DNA of 64,000 bases from a virus: positions 5,591 to 69,590 of IMG/VR virus record IMGVR_UViG_3300010970_000144. One strand, written 5' to 3'. This document shows, piece by piece, positions 47,009-55,544 of the stretch. Made by a program: the position numbers and the translations under genes. Below the pieces are notes generated by a model. It had not been told where the DNA came from. It did not search any database and saw only the letters and a program-made list of their open reading frames with translations. Each line of letters opens with the position of its first letter. Positions within the stretch are counted from its first letter, which is position 1.

Positions 47009-47369
47009 GAAGATAGGTGGCGAAGATAAGATTGTTATTAGCCGAACAGAAGGCGAGAAGATTAACAACTCTTTTGATAGCCTGACTAATTTAGTGGGTT
47101 ACCAAAACTCACGCATTGATAGTTTAATCAAAGCTAACATCAAGACAAGAGATAGCCTTCGCATTGATTTATTTGTGGTAAGAGATAGTTTAAGCACACG
47201 CAATAAAATAGCAAACGATACGTTAAACGACTATCGCAATAGATACTATAAAAATATAGCCATTTACGAGAAGTACGAAAAGGCAGTAGATTTTGAAATA
47301 AAACTACATAGGCTTAATTCTGTTTTGTTTGCTATGCTAACTTTATTTCTATACTCTCAAATAAATTAA
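46929..47369 (+). CDS. secreted/membrane coiled-coil protein, spanin-like
   Basis: Signal peptide and C-terminal hydrophobic helix; overlaps the lipoprotein gene. Confidence 0.5.
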   Translation: MKLKLNWILLILLILIAPSFSSAQYVKKIGGEDKIVISRTEGEKINNSFDSLTNLVGYQNSRIDSLIKANIKTRDSLRIDLFVVRDSLSTRNKIANDTLNDYRNRYYKNIAIYEKYEKAVDFEIKLHRLNSVLFAMLTLFLYSQIN

Positions 47370-47370
47370 A

Positions 47371-47970
47371 ATGAAATTAGACGCGTTATCTAAAAAAATA
47401 CCAGCAAACGTAATGGAGGAAATACCTCTGATAATGGAGAAATTTGGAATAGATGGCCCATTAAGATTATCTCATTTCCTTTCTCAATGCGCTCATGAAA
47501 GCGGTAACTTTAAGTTTGTAAAAGAAAACTTGAACTACTCTGCTGATGGGCTTCGTAAGATTTTCCCTAAATATTTCCCAACTTTAGAAGCAGCAGAAAA
47601 ATATGCAAGACAACCTGAAAAAATTGCCAACAAAGTTTATGGTAACCGCATGGGTAATGGTGATGAAGCTAGTGGAGATGGTTTTAAATTCAGAGGTCGT
47701 GGTTATATCCAGCTTACTGGTAAGGATAATTACGCAGCGTTTGATAAATTCGTAGATGATGATATTATGGCTAATCCTGATTTAGTGGCTACCAAATATC
47801 CACTTACTTCAGCAGCCTTCTTCTTCCATAAGAATAATCTATGGGACGTGTGCGATAAAGGACATAGCCATGATGTAGTAGTGGCAGTAACAAAGCGTGT
47901 GAACGGAGGGACTCATGGTCTTGATGATAGAAAGGATAAATTTAATGTATTTCATAGTACACTAGCATAA
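47371..47970 (+). CDS. GH19 family endolysin
   Basis: HFLSQCAHESG, FRGRGYIQLTGKDNY, TKRVNGGTHGLDDR. Confidence 0.95.
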   Translation: MKLDALSKKIPANVMEEIPLIMEKFGIDGPLRLSHFLSQCAHESGNFKFVKENLNYSADGLRKIFPKYFPTLEAAEKYARQPEKIANKVYGNRMGNGDEASGDGFKFRGRGYIQLTGKDNYAAFDKFVDDDIMANPDLVATKYPLTSAAFFFHKNNLWDVCDKGHSHDVVVAVTKRVNGGTHGLDDRKDKFNVFHSTLA

Positions 47971-48968
47971 TGCCAAATCAACACACAGGTCCAACAGTAA
48001 AGAATAAAGCAATTAGAGAGCTTTTATTAGAGTTCCCTAATAGTTCTAAATCTAATTTAGGGAAGATAGCTTTTGAAAGGCATCCTCATTTGTTTGATAA
48101 TCCAGAATCTGCTAGAATGATGATTAGGCAGATAACTGGAGCTGCTGGGATAAGAAATAAAAAAATAACAAGAAACATAATGGAACACAATCCGCAGCTA
48201 CCTCCTTCAAATTGTAAGGAAAGAGAGTTTCAGGTTTTGCCCAAAGAGTGTAATAACATTCTTTGGCTTTCTGATGTTCACATACCTAACCAAGACAATG
48301 AAGCTATTGAATTAGCCGTTGAGTATGGTAAGAAGAATGATGTCAATTGCATTGTTCTGGGAGGTGATATATTGGATAACACTCCATTTACAAGCCATGA
48401 TGCGCCACCGCCGGGCCTAGATGATGTTAGAACGTGGTTCCAGTATGCAAAACAATTTATAGAATATCTAAAATATCAATTCCCAAAAGCTAAATTCTAT
48501 TGGATTGAGGGTAATCATGATGCGTGGATTAAGCGATACTTAATAAAAAAAGCTCCAATCTTATTTAGTGATGAGTATTACCACCTGCCACAAAGAATGA
48601 AGCTTGATGAGTTAGGTGTAAAGTTCTTTGCGGAGCATGTAGTTTTAATGGCCGGCAAGTTACAGATGCATCATGGACATACAATGATTCGTGGGGTATT
48701 TGCCCCAGTAAACGCAGCAAGAGGATTGTTCTTACGCGTTAAATCAAATGCAATCATAGGTCATGTCCATACCACCAGCCATCACGTTGAAAAGACATTG
48801 AAGGGAGAAACAATTGGCACATGGTCGGTAGGTTGTCTTTGTACACTGGCTCCTGATTATGATCCACATGGCACAAAGCACAATTTAGGCTTTGCCCATA
48901 TTTTAGTAGAAAAGAATGGTAACTTTAAAGTTAACAATATAGCTATTCATGAAGGAAGAATCATCTAA
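47970..48968 (+). CDS. calcineurin-like metallophosphoesterase
   Basis: SDVHIP, GGDILD, EGNHD, HGH, GHVH. Confidence 0.9.
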   Translation: MPNQHTGPTVKNKAIRELLLEFPNSSKSNLGKIAFERHPHLFDNPESARMMIRQITGAAGIRNKKITRNIMEHNPQLPPSNCKEREFQVLPKECNNILWLSDVHIPNQDNEAIELAVEYGKKNDVNCIVLGGDILDNTPFTSHDAPPPGLDDVRTWFQYAKQFIEYLKYQFPKAKFYWIEGNHDAWIKRYLIKKAPILFSDEYYHLPQRMKLDELGVKFFAEHVVLMAGKLQMHHGHTMIRGVFAPVNAARGLFLRVKSNAIIGHVHTTSHHVEKTLKGETIGTWSVGCLCTLAPDYDPHGTKHNLGFAHILVEKNGNFKVNNIAIHEGRII

Positions 48969-49170
48969 GGTAAACCACCCAGCACATTATAACGTAGGAA
49001 AAATTGAGTGTATAGACGCAATTGACGAAGCAGTAAAAGGATTAGATGGTAAAGAAGCATTTGCTACTGGCAATGCCATAAAGTATTTGTGGAGGTGGAA
49101 ACGTAAAGGAGGGAAGGAAGATTTAAAAAAGGCAGTTTGGTATATTAACAGACTAATAAATGAGGACTAA
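48949..49170 (+). CDS. DUF3310 protein (T7 gp1.7-like nucleotide kinase family)
   Basis: VNHPAHY..ECIDAI..GNAIKYLWR..EDLKKAVWY. Confidence 0.9.
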   Translation: MKEESSKVNHPAHYNVGKIECIDAIDEAVKGLDGKEAFATGNAIKYLWRWKRKGGKEDLKKAVWYINRLINED

Positions 49171-49526
49171 TGAAACTAACATCTACACTGAAAATATCTA
49201 CCTATGGTTGCAAGGTGGTACTTATTATTACAGATTCATTAATCAATGAAGCTAATAAAGTATACAAAAAGCATAAAATGGAACAGATGTTTGAAGGAGA
49301 TGCAGAAGGTACAGTTATAACCCCAGACATAGATGTCTATTACATGATTATAGAGCAAAAGTATTTAAGCCACAATACCCTATCACATGAAAATTATCAC
49401 ATAGTAAATGTAATAAAAAGTGACAGAGGTATTGTAGATGATGAAGCTGGAGCATGGCTGTCAGGTCACATAGCTGAGTTTATCTACAAATTCATAGACA
49501 AGAAGCAGCTAATAGTTAAGCACTAA
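49170..49526 (+). CDS. HExxH protein
   Basis: TLSHENYH..DEAGAWL. Confidence 0.55.
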   Translation: MKLTSTLKISTYGCKVVLIITDSLINEANKVYKKHKMEQMFEGDAEGTVITPDIDVYYMIIEQKYLSHNTLSHENYHIVNVIKSDRGIVDDEAGAWLSGHIAEFIYKFIDKKQLIVKH

Positions 49527-49595
49527 TACATAGCCAATATTCCAAAAAATAATTTTTTAATTTAATTAACTCGGTTAACTTTGGAAAAAAAATAC

Positions 49596-50519
49596 ATGAA
49601 ATTAAGGTTCATTTGCGCTCAACCAACCTCACTTTATTATGCATGGCAAGTAGAAGTTATGATTAATAACTTTATTGAAATGGGTATCAACCCCAACATG
49701 ATTGATATTGTTTGCTGGAAGATTAACAATGTGATACCTGAAGAATGGGCCAAGCTCGCGGCTAATTATCCAGCTCGTTTCTTTTTTTATGATGATACCA
49801 GACAAAGCAGACACTACATATCCTCAATACGTCCAAACATATTAAAGCAGCATTTTGAAGCAAATGATTTGAATGGTGAAGCTATTCTTTATCACGATTG
49901 CGACATTGCGTTTACAAAGAAAATAGATTGGGAGCAGTTCTTACAAGATGATAAGTGGTACGGATCTGATTGCCGTTGGTACATAGCACATAGCTACATA
50001 TTAGGCAAAGGCCAAGACGTAATAGATAAGATGTGTGAGATAGTTGATATACCAGAATCACTGGTGAAAGACAATGAACTAAACTCAATCGGCGCGCAGT
50101 ACCTGATGAAAGGTATTGATGCACAGTTTTGGGCGGACGTTGAAAGAGATTGCGAAAGACTATTCCATGAAGTAACTCAACTTAATAACGAAAAGAAACA
50201 AGCAGATGCAACTCATCATGAATTACAGATATGGTGCGACATGTGGGCGGTGCTATGGAATGGCTGGAAACGTGGAGCAGAAACCATTTGTCACCCAGAA
50301 CTAGAATTTTCATGGGGGACAAGTACCGAAGCGGATTGGGATAGATTAAGTATCTTCCACAATGCTGGTGTAACTACCTCAACTGGTGGCTTATTCTACA
50401 AAGCAGAATACATGAACCAGTTGCCCTATAGTGCAACATTAAATATAAATGAAGGTACGGCCAGTAAAAAATATTGGGATATTATACAAGAAACAGCAAA
50501 AAAATCAGTTCTATTATGA
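49596..50519 (+). CDS. GT-A glycosyltransferase resembling peptide O-glycosyltransferases (GT95/GT96-like)
   Basis: YYAWQVEVM, YISSIRP, LYHDCDIAF (DxD), IGAQYLM, IWCDMWA, IFHNAG; start revised to ATG at 49596. Confidence 0.65.
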   Translation: MKLRFICAQPTSLYYAWQVEVMINNFIEMGINPNMIDIVCWKINNVIPEEWAKLAANYPARFFFYDDTRQSRHYISSIRPNILKQHFEANDLNGEAILYHDCDIAFTKKIDWEQFLQDDKWYGSDCRWYIAHSYILGKGQDVIDKMCEIVDIPESLVKDNELNSIGAQYLMKGIDAQFWADVERDCERLFHEVTQLNNEKKQADATHHELQIWCDMWAVLWNGWKRGAETICHPELEFSWGTSTEADWDRLSIFHNAGVTTSTGGLFYKAEYMNQLPYSATLNINEGTASKKYWDIIQETAKKSVLL

Positions 50520-51388
50520 AAGTAATTAAGGCCACATACGGAGGAGTAGATTGTACAGATGTGATAAGTAAAAAGGTGGTAGGCAACCAGCTTATAGTTA
50601 GATCTAATAATGATATAATCGGAGATACTGCCGTTGGTCAGGTGAAATTTTTAGAAGTAGAGCTATTAACTGATAAGGGGACTTTATTAAAGAGTATTGC
50701 AGAAGGTGGTATATTAGTGTTCCCTGAATCTAAAGTAAAGAAATTGGGCATATTCTATTCCAACAACAATAACAAAAAGATATGGCCTTCAATCTACCGA
50801 TCGTTAAATACTATTAAGCAAGCAAGCGAGGGGGTAGCAGACATTGTAACTTGTATGTGGGAGCCTATGCCGGAAAACCCATTCTATCAAGTTAGAAGCT
50901 GGTATCAGTCGCAGTCGCACCTCAATCAGTTGCTCCAAATTATGCAGTGTCTTTATGCAGCCAAAGAAACCGGCGAATATGATTACGTTTCCTTTTTAGA
51001 ACATGATGTAATGTACCCAAAGGGTTACTTTGACTTTCCTGAATTTGCAAGAGGTAACGTGCTTACCAATATGAATTATGGGGGTGTTTGCATTAATGGG
51101 TGGCAAGAGAGAGGTCAAGATGATGAGCCGTTCCACCAAATGACCATGAGATTTGAAGATGCCATTAGCCACTGCTTAGCCATTTTACCTAATGCTTTGC
51201 GTACAAATAGCGGAATGATTGAAACTCAAACAATGAAACGGATCCAATGGAATAGCGAAAATCAGGCTATCCATATCAACCATGGAATACATTTTACCAG
51301 CCATAATTCAATATATCGCAAAGATAATTTATCTTTAACTCATAATTACTGGGGCAACCATTCCGATTATACCAATTTATTCGTATGA
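50516..51388 (+). CDS. lectin-like N-terminal domain fused to GT-A-like domain
   Basis: IKATYGG..DCTD..GDTAVGQVKFLEV (SUEL/DUF3395-like); VSFLEHDVMYP; start revised to ATG at 50516. Confidence 0.6.
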   Translation: MKVIKATYGGVDCTDVISKKVVGNQLIVRSNNDIIGDTAVGQVKFLEVELLTDKGTLLKSIAEGGILVFPESKVKKLGIFYSNNNNKKIWPSIYRSLNTIKQASEGVADIVTCMWEPMPENPFYQVRSWYQSQSHLNQLLQIMQCLYAAKETGEYDYVSFLEHDVMYPKGYFDFPEFARGNVLTNMNYGGVCINGWQERGQDDEPFHQMTMRFEDAISHCLAILPNALRTNSGMIETQTMKRIQWNSENQAIHINHGIHFTSHNSIYRKDNLSLTHNYWGNHSDYTNLFV

Positions 51389-51609
51389 ACAAGTTAAAAG
51401 AAATATTCCTTTCGTATGCTGCGTCCTTCAATCCAACAGAAGAACAAAGCGCACTTGCGCAAGAAAGACTCTTAACTTGTATTGATTGCGAAAACTGGGT
51501 TCAGGGGCCATTACGGGATTATTGTGAGGTATGCGGCTGCACTACGAAAGCAAAAGTTTTTTCACCAAAAGGGGCAGAAGCCTGTCCAAAAGGCAAATGG
51601 CAAAACTGA
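51385..51609 (+). CDS. small Cys-rich protein
   Basis: CIDCE..CEVCGC..KAK..CPKGKW. Confidence 0.65.
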   Translation: MNKLKEIFLSYAASFNPTEEQSALAQERLLTCIDCENWVQGPLRDYCEVCGCTTKAKVFSPKGAEACPKGKWQN

Positions 51610-51767
51610 TGAAAACGTATCGCATCTTCTTTGATAAGGACGGAACCAAAATGACCAAGCTGGTATACGCCGTTTCAATGTCTGATGTGCTGCAAAAATA
51701 TAAGGACCTGAAAATACTATCTGTTGTTCAGATTGACCTCGCGCCTCCCGAAGATGAAGATGAATAA
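51609..51767 (+). CDS. small hypothetical protein
   Basis: TGATG-coupled start at 51609 (MKTYRIFF). Confidence 0.5.
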   Translation: MKTYRIFFDKDGTKMTKLVYAVSMSDVLQKYKDLKILSVVQIDLAPPEDEDE

Positions 51768-51885
51768 TTCCTTTATTGCAAAGGTTACTACAATTGTCCC
51801 GTAAAGCAAGATAAAGGCTGGTATGCCAACCAAAAAGAAAAAGACTACTTGAAAGATCCCAATTAATTTTTTCATGTTTTATTGT

Positions 51886-52125
51886 TTATTCGGTTTCGTT
51901 AAATGCTTTTTGTACTTCTGGATTTGTGCTTAATTGATCATAAATAAACTCATACCGCTGGTTTTGAAATTTCAATGGTACAATTTCATCATACAGACTA
52001 TCTGATTTTGACTGCATTTCAGCCATTTTTATTTGCATGTTGTTCTTCTGCTCTATCATGGCAGCTATAACCACAATTAATGCACCTATAACCCATAATA
52101 AAGCAATGATAATTAATGTTCGCAT
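51886..52125 (-). CDS. small membrane-anchored protein
   Basis: N-terminal TM helix plus coiled coil. Confidence 0.55.
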   Translation of the reverse strand: MRTLIIIALLWVIGALIVVIAAMIEQKNNMQIKMAEMQSKSDSLYDEIVPLKFQNQRYEFIYDQLSTNPEVQKAFNETE

Positions 52126-52427
52126 GTTATAAAGTTAAGGTTTTGCTTTAGTTAAATTGACATAAAGTAAGGGTATTGCTTTACAAATTAATAGAATTTA
52201 CTTTTTTCATCTTCCTCCAATATTTTTTTGCTTTTATCTATAAAGTATACCCATAATATAGAAATAGGTATGGCTACAATAAAAGATATTAGGAAGGCTA
52301 TTAAATATGATTTCATATTAATCTTTTGTTTGTTTATAAACTTCAATTATTTCTATAATAGCAACTAAAACTATTGCTATTCCGATAAGTAATAGAATCA
52401 TGGCTTATATTGTTTCTGGTTTATAGG

Positions 52428-52739
52428 TTATTTGTTTTTTGGATATTGTGTATAAAATTTTCCCATCCATCTTTCTGATTCAGCTTTGTATTTCTGTTTA
52501 GCTTTGAGCAATTGCTCTATGGTGCCCTTTAAATTTTTAACATATTCATCTTGCCTATTGCGTTCACCATTTTTGCGCAACCTTTTATTCTCATCTTCTA
52601 GTTCAGCTATTTGACTTTCTAGAATCCCTACCTTAACTCCATACTCTTTTAGTTGTCTATGTAGGTCCGCAATAATTTCATCATTATTATATATCCTTTT
52701 TACTTGTAACAAAACCTCTCTATCTACAAATGTTTTCAT
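52428..52739 (-). CDS. coiled-coil hypothetical protein (cassette array)
   Basis: Ends in the AAAACAAATAA junction motif. Confidence 0.6.
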   Translation of the reverse strand: MKTFVDREVLLQVKRIYNNDEIIADLHRQLKEYGVKVGILESQIAELEDENKRLRKNGERNRQDEYVKNLKGTIEQLLKAKQKYKAESERWMGKFYTQYPKNK

Positions 52740-52742
52740 AGG

Positions 52743-52994
52743 TCATATTGTTTCTGGTTTATAGGTTTGGTTGTAATATTCTGTTGCACCTCTTGGAGTA
52801 ACTAATTTAGTCAATCCTTTTTGATACTTATAACAATCATTGTATCCTGTTGTATGTGCAAGTTCTATTTGTAGATTTTCTTTTTCAAATGCTTCTTTAA
52901 ATAATTTATCCATTAATTCATAATCAGCATTCATAACAATCCATTTTAAATTATCTTTCAACTTATCTTCTAATTCTTGCATTGCTGTTTTCAT
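52743..52994 (-). CDS. MKTAMQ-family paralogue 4
   Basis: MKTAMQEL..EKE..YYNQTY. Confidence 0.7.
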   Translation of the reverse strand: MKTAMQELEDKLKDNLKWIVMNADYELMDKLFKEAFEKENLQIELAHTTGYNDCYKYQKGLTKLVTPRGATEYYNQTYKPETI

Positions 52995-53010
52995 AGGTTA
53001 TTTGTTTTGG

Positions 53011-53166
53011 TTAAATGTTTCGTAAATTATAGTCTGAAATATCTTTTATGTTAGTAATACTTTCACCATTGTATCTTTTGTGAAATACTCTCCTTGCTTC
53101 ACCTTCACTTGAGGCAAACACAATAGAGCCATTAAATGTTCCTGTTACTGCGTAAACTTTTTTCAT
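53011..53166 (-). CDS. small hypothetical protein (51 aa, cassette insert)
   Basis: Hand translation MKKVYAVTGTFNGSIVFASSEGEARRVFHKRYNGESITNIKDISDYNLRNI. Confidence 0.6.
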   Translation of the reverse strand: MKKVYAVTGTFNGSIVFASSEGEARRVFHKRYNGESITNIKDISDYNLRNI

Positions 53167-53169
53167 AGG

Positions 53170-53388
53170 TTATTTGTTTTGGTTATAGTTATCATTAAAA
53201 TATTCCTCATTGCTATAATGTGGTAGAGTTGGGTGGTTTATTGGTGTTTCTTGACCATCTGAAAATGCTTTTTGTATCTGCTCTTTTTCTTTTTCAAGAC
53301 ATTCATGTACTTTATCAATAAATCCTTTATTAACCATAAATTCTGTTTCTTCCATCCATTGCATTAATTCCTGCATTGCTGTTTTCAT
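53170..53388 (-). CDS. MKTAMQ-family paralogue 3
   Basis: MKTAMQEL..LEKEKEQI..NQNK. Confidence 0.7.
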   Translation of the reverse strand: MKTAMQELMQWMEETEFMVNKGFIDKVHECLEKEKEQIQKAFSDGQETPINHPTLPHYSNEEYFNDNYNQNK

Positions 53389-53390
53389 AG

Positions 53391-53594
53391 TTATTTGTTT
53401 TTAGGTTGTTTGTTTTGTATACACCACATTGCAAAAGTGTGTAATGAATCTGAATTATGGTATTCTTGATACCATTTTTCAATTAATTCGTATGCTATAT
53501 TTGGGGTAGACATTTTAGATTCAGGGTTTTGTAATTTATATAACATATCAGCTACATTAAATACCTCTTGTCTTGAAAGATGTTCTTTATCCAT
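53391..53594 (-). CDS. small hypothetical protein (cassette insert)
   Basis: Bounded by junction repeats. Confidence 0.6.
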   Translation of the reverse strand: MDKEHLSRQEVFNVADMLYKLQNPESKMSTPNIAYELIEKWYQEYHNSDSLHTFAMWCIQNKQPKNK

Positions 53595-53597
53595 AGG

Positions 53598-53849
53598 TTA
53601 TTTGTTTTGGTTAAAGGTTTGGTTGTAGTAATAAGAGCCATTTGTAGGAAAGGCAAATTCAATACCTTGTTCAAAAGCATTTACTATCTGCTCTTTTTCT
53701 TTTTCAAGTAAGTATTCAATAATAGTTAATACAGTTCCATAAGCTACATTATGGCTATATTGATATTCGCTTAATTCTCCGTTTTCTTTACTTGATGGGA
53801 TTATTTTATTTTTAATTTCTTCCTTTAAAAATTGCATTGCTGTTTTCAT
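53598..53849 (-). CDS. MKTAMQ-family paralogue 2
   Basis: MKTAMQ..LEKEKEQI..YYNQTFNQNK. Confidence 0.7.
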   Translation of the reverse strand: MKTAMQFLKEEIKNKIIPSSKENGELSEYQYSHNVAYGTVLTIIEYLLEKEKEQIVNAFEQGIEFAFPTNGSYYYNQTFNQNK

Positions 53850-53870
53850 AGATTTATTTGTTTTGGTTTG

Positions 53871-53966
53871 TAATAGCGATGGGAATTGAACCCTATGACT
53901 TTTCTTATAACCACTATAAAGATGTCATACTGTTGACGGCAGGTGTAACCATACACTTCGCTATTA
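53871..53966 (-). ncRNA. tRNA-like structured RNA (non-canonical)
   Basis: 9-bp closing stem TAATAGCGA/TCGCTATTA; GTGTA-TGGT-TACAC hairpin; long TATGAC/GTCATA arm; GGG-TTCAATT-CCC T-loop. Confidence 0.55.
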
Positions 53967-53989
53967 GGAGAGCTCAACTTTGAGCGCTC

Positions 53990-54214
53990 TTATTTGTTTT
54001 TGTTAAATGTTTGGTTGTAGTATTCTTCCGAATCTTTATATTTATATGCATCTCCAAAATATGCATCATTATAAGCATCTATTATCTGCTCTTTTTCCAT
54101 TTCTTTGGCTTGTTGCCATATACTTGACTCTTTATTAATTCTTTCTATTACTGAATCTGTTGATGTATTATTTTTTGATAATTCATTATACAACCATTCT
54201 ATTGTCGTTTTCAT
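53990..54214 (-). CDS. MKTAMQ-family paralogue 1
   Basis: MKTTIEWL..EMEKEQIIDAY..EEYYNQTFNKNK. Confidence 0.7.
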   Translation of the reverse strand: MKTTIEWLYNELSKNNTSTDSVIERINKESSIWQQAKEMEKEQIIDAYNDAYFGDAYKYKDSEEYYNQTFNKNK

Positions 54215-54396
54215 ATTTTATTTGCTTTAGTTAACCATTCATTAAATCTTTCATATACATTGTGTATGTCATCTATTTCTTCATCTTTCCAATAAAATTT
54301 GCCATTGCTTATTTTCATAACTGGTGTAACTTCATCCTTTAAAGTAAAATAGATACTATTTTCAGGAACTAAATTTATTTTTTCTTCTTCTTTCAT
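54211..54396 (-). CDS. hypothetical protein
   Basis: ORF with ACCTATG start context; ATGA overlap with the next gene. Confidence 0.55.
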   Translation of the reverse strand: MKEEEKINLVPENSIYFTLKDEVTPVMKISNGKFYWKDEEIDDIHNVYERFNEWLTKANKI

Positions 54397-54529
54397 AGGT
54401 TATTAATTTAATTAAATAATATACAATATACCATATCCAACATACTATATACTATAAATAAAGAACAGGTATAAGTAGATAGTAGTATGATATATTGAAA
54501 TAAAGAATAGGTGTACTTAAGTGCAACTT

Positions 54530-54742
54530 TCATATTGTAGATGGGTTATAGGTATCTACATCAAAGCAATTGGCTGGGGTTCTATGTTCATGCCTTCTAC
54601 CTCTTTTCTTTAATGGCTCATATCCCATAGATTTATAGTAGGTCAATATCTGCAAATAGGTCATGTTGATATTGGGTATCATCATGGATATTGGCTCATA
54701 CTTGTAGCGTTGGTCTATGTATTGCTTTTGTAGGTCGGTCAT
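54530..54742 (-). CDS. hypothetical protein
   Basis: ORF in co-oriented early cluster. Confidence 0.5.
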   Translation of the reverse strand: MTDLQKQYIDQRYKYEPISMMIPNINMTYLQILTYYKSMGYEPLKKRGRRHEHRTPANCFDVDTYNPSTI

Positions 54743-54759
54743 TTACTTTTTTTTAATAG

Positions 54760-54993
54760 TTACTGGGTTGGTTTTTGGATATACTTTTCAAGGTAATATT
54801 TTTCAGTGACTGCTTTCCGCCATGTCTTGCTATGCCCGTCCTCATCAAAAGCATATTCCATGGCCTCGGCTATCATAGATTTCTCCTCATTATATAGCCT
54901 ATCAAAGTTATCCAAAAGCCATGAGTCAAAATCATTTTGGTTACGAAAACTACGAGCTTCCATTACTTGTCTAATTGGTGTCATGTTTGTCAT
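54760..54993 (-). CDS. hypothetical protein (distant similarity to MKT family: EEKSMIAEA..EKYY)
   Basis: ORF in co-oriented cluster. Confidence 0.5.
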   Translation of the reverse strand: MTNMTPIRQVMEARSFRNQNDFDSWLLDNFDRLYNEEKSMIAEAMEYAFDEDGHSKTWRKAVTEKYYLEKYIQKPTQ

Positions 54994-55208
54994 AGGTGCA
55001 TTGGTTTTACTACTAAATAAATTTTTCTTGGTTCATAGGGTTTGCCCAACCTTTGCAGCCATTCCTGAATGATTTTACTGCGGTGGCCTCTCCCTTTAAA
55101 TTGTTTCGTTGCATACAAGCTATCATTTACCCATACTTCAATTATCCCTGAAGATTTGAGTTCCTGACGTTTGCTCTCCATTATATCCTTCTCTACTGAC
55201 TTCCTCAT
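54990..55208 (-). CDS. hypothetical protein
   Basis: ATGA-coupled ORF. Confidence 0.5.
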   Translation of the reverse strand: MRKSVEKDIMESKRQELKSSGIIEVWVNDSLYATKQFKGRGHRSKIIQEWLQRLGKPYEPRKIYLVVKPMHL

Positions 55209-55329
55209 ACGATAATAACTTTTCCTTTAAATACTTTACTTCATTTTTTAATAATTCTATCCTCTCCTTTAGGTAGTCATTTTCCATTTGGATCATGGCA
55301 GATTCGGATATTTGATACTTGTTCTTCAT
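55138..55329 (-). CDS. hypothetical coiled-coil protein
   Basis: TAATG-coupled ORF. Confidence 0.45.
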   Translation of the reverse strand: MKNKYQISESAMIQMENDYLKERIELLKNEVKYLKEKLLSYEEVSREGYNGEQTSGTQIFRDN

Positions 55330-55526
55330 TAGATTAGAAGCATGGCCTCCTTATCCAAATAAGCAGCTAATAACTGGCTTTCTTCCCCATATATGTCTGC
55401 CTCAGCCATGCCGTCTTTGGCTAACCTGAATTTGTAAAGTCCAATAATGACTTCGCAAGTTTTTAATTGTTCTAAATTGGTGCATGAATTAATGCAGTTG
55501 ATTACCCATTCTAAATTTGTTTTCAT
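55329..55526 (-). CDS. hypothetical protein
   Basis: ORF in cluster. Confidence 0.55.
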   Translation of the reverse strand: MKTNLEWVINCINSCTNLEQLKTCEVIIGLYKFRLAKDGMAEADIYGEESQLLAAYLDKEAMLLI

Positions 55527-55544
55527 TTTTGTTGGTTTTTGTTA

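Larger units (their letters stand above)
52428..54000 (-). repeat. gene-junction repeats TAACCAAAACAAATAACCTATG
   Basis: Exact 22-mers at 52992, 53164, 53592; 11-nt core also at 52428, 53391, 53854, 53990. Confidence 0.85.

Noticed and set aside
53871-53966. Canonical tRNA-Asp(GTC)
   Set aside because: Anticodon and T stems are only 3 bp, position 33 is C, and arm spacing is wrong; kept as tRNA-like
52428-54000. Possible CRISPR array
   Set aside because: Spacers are about 140-570 nt and are whole genes; no cas genes; reported as a cassette array instead
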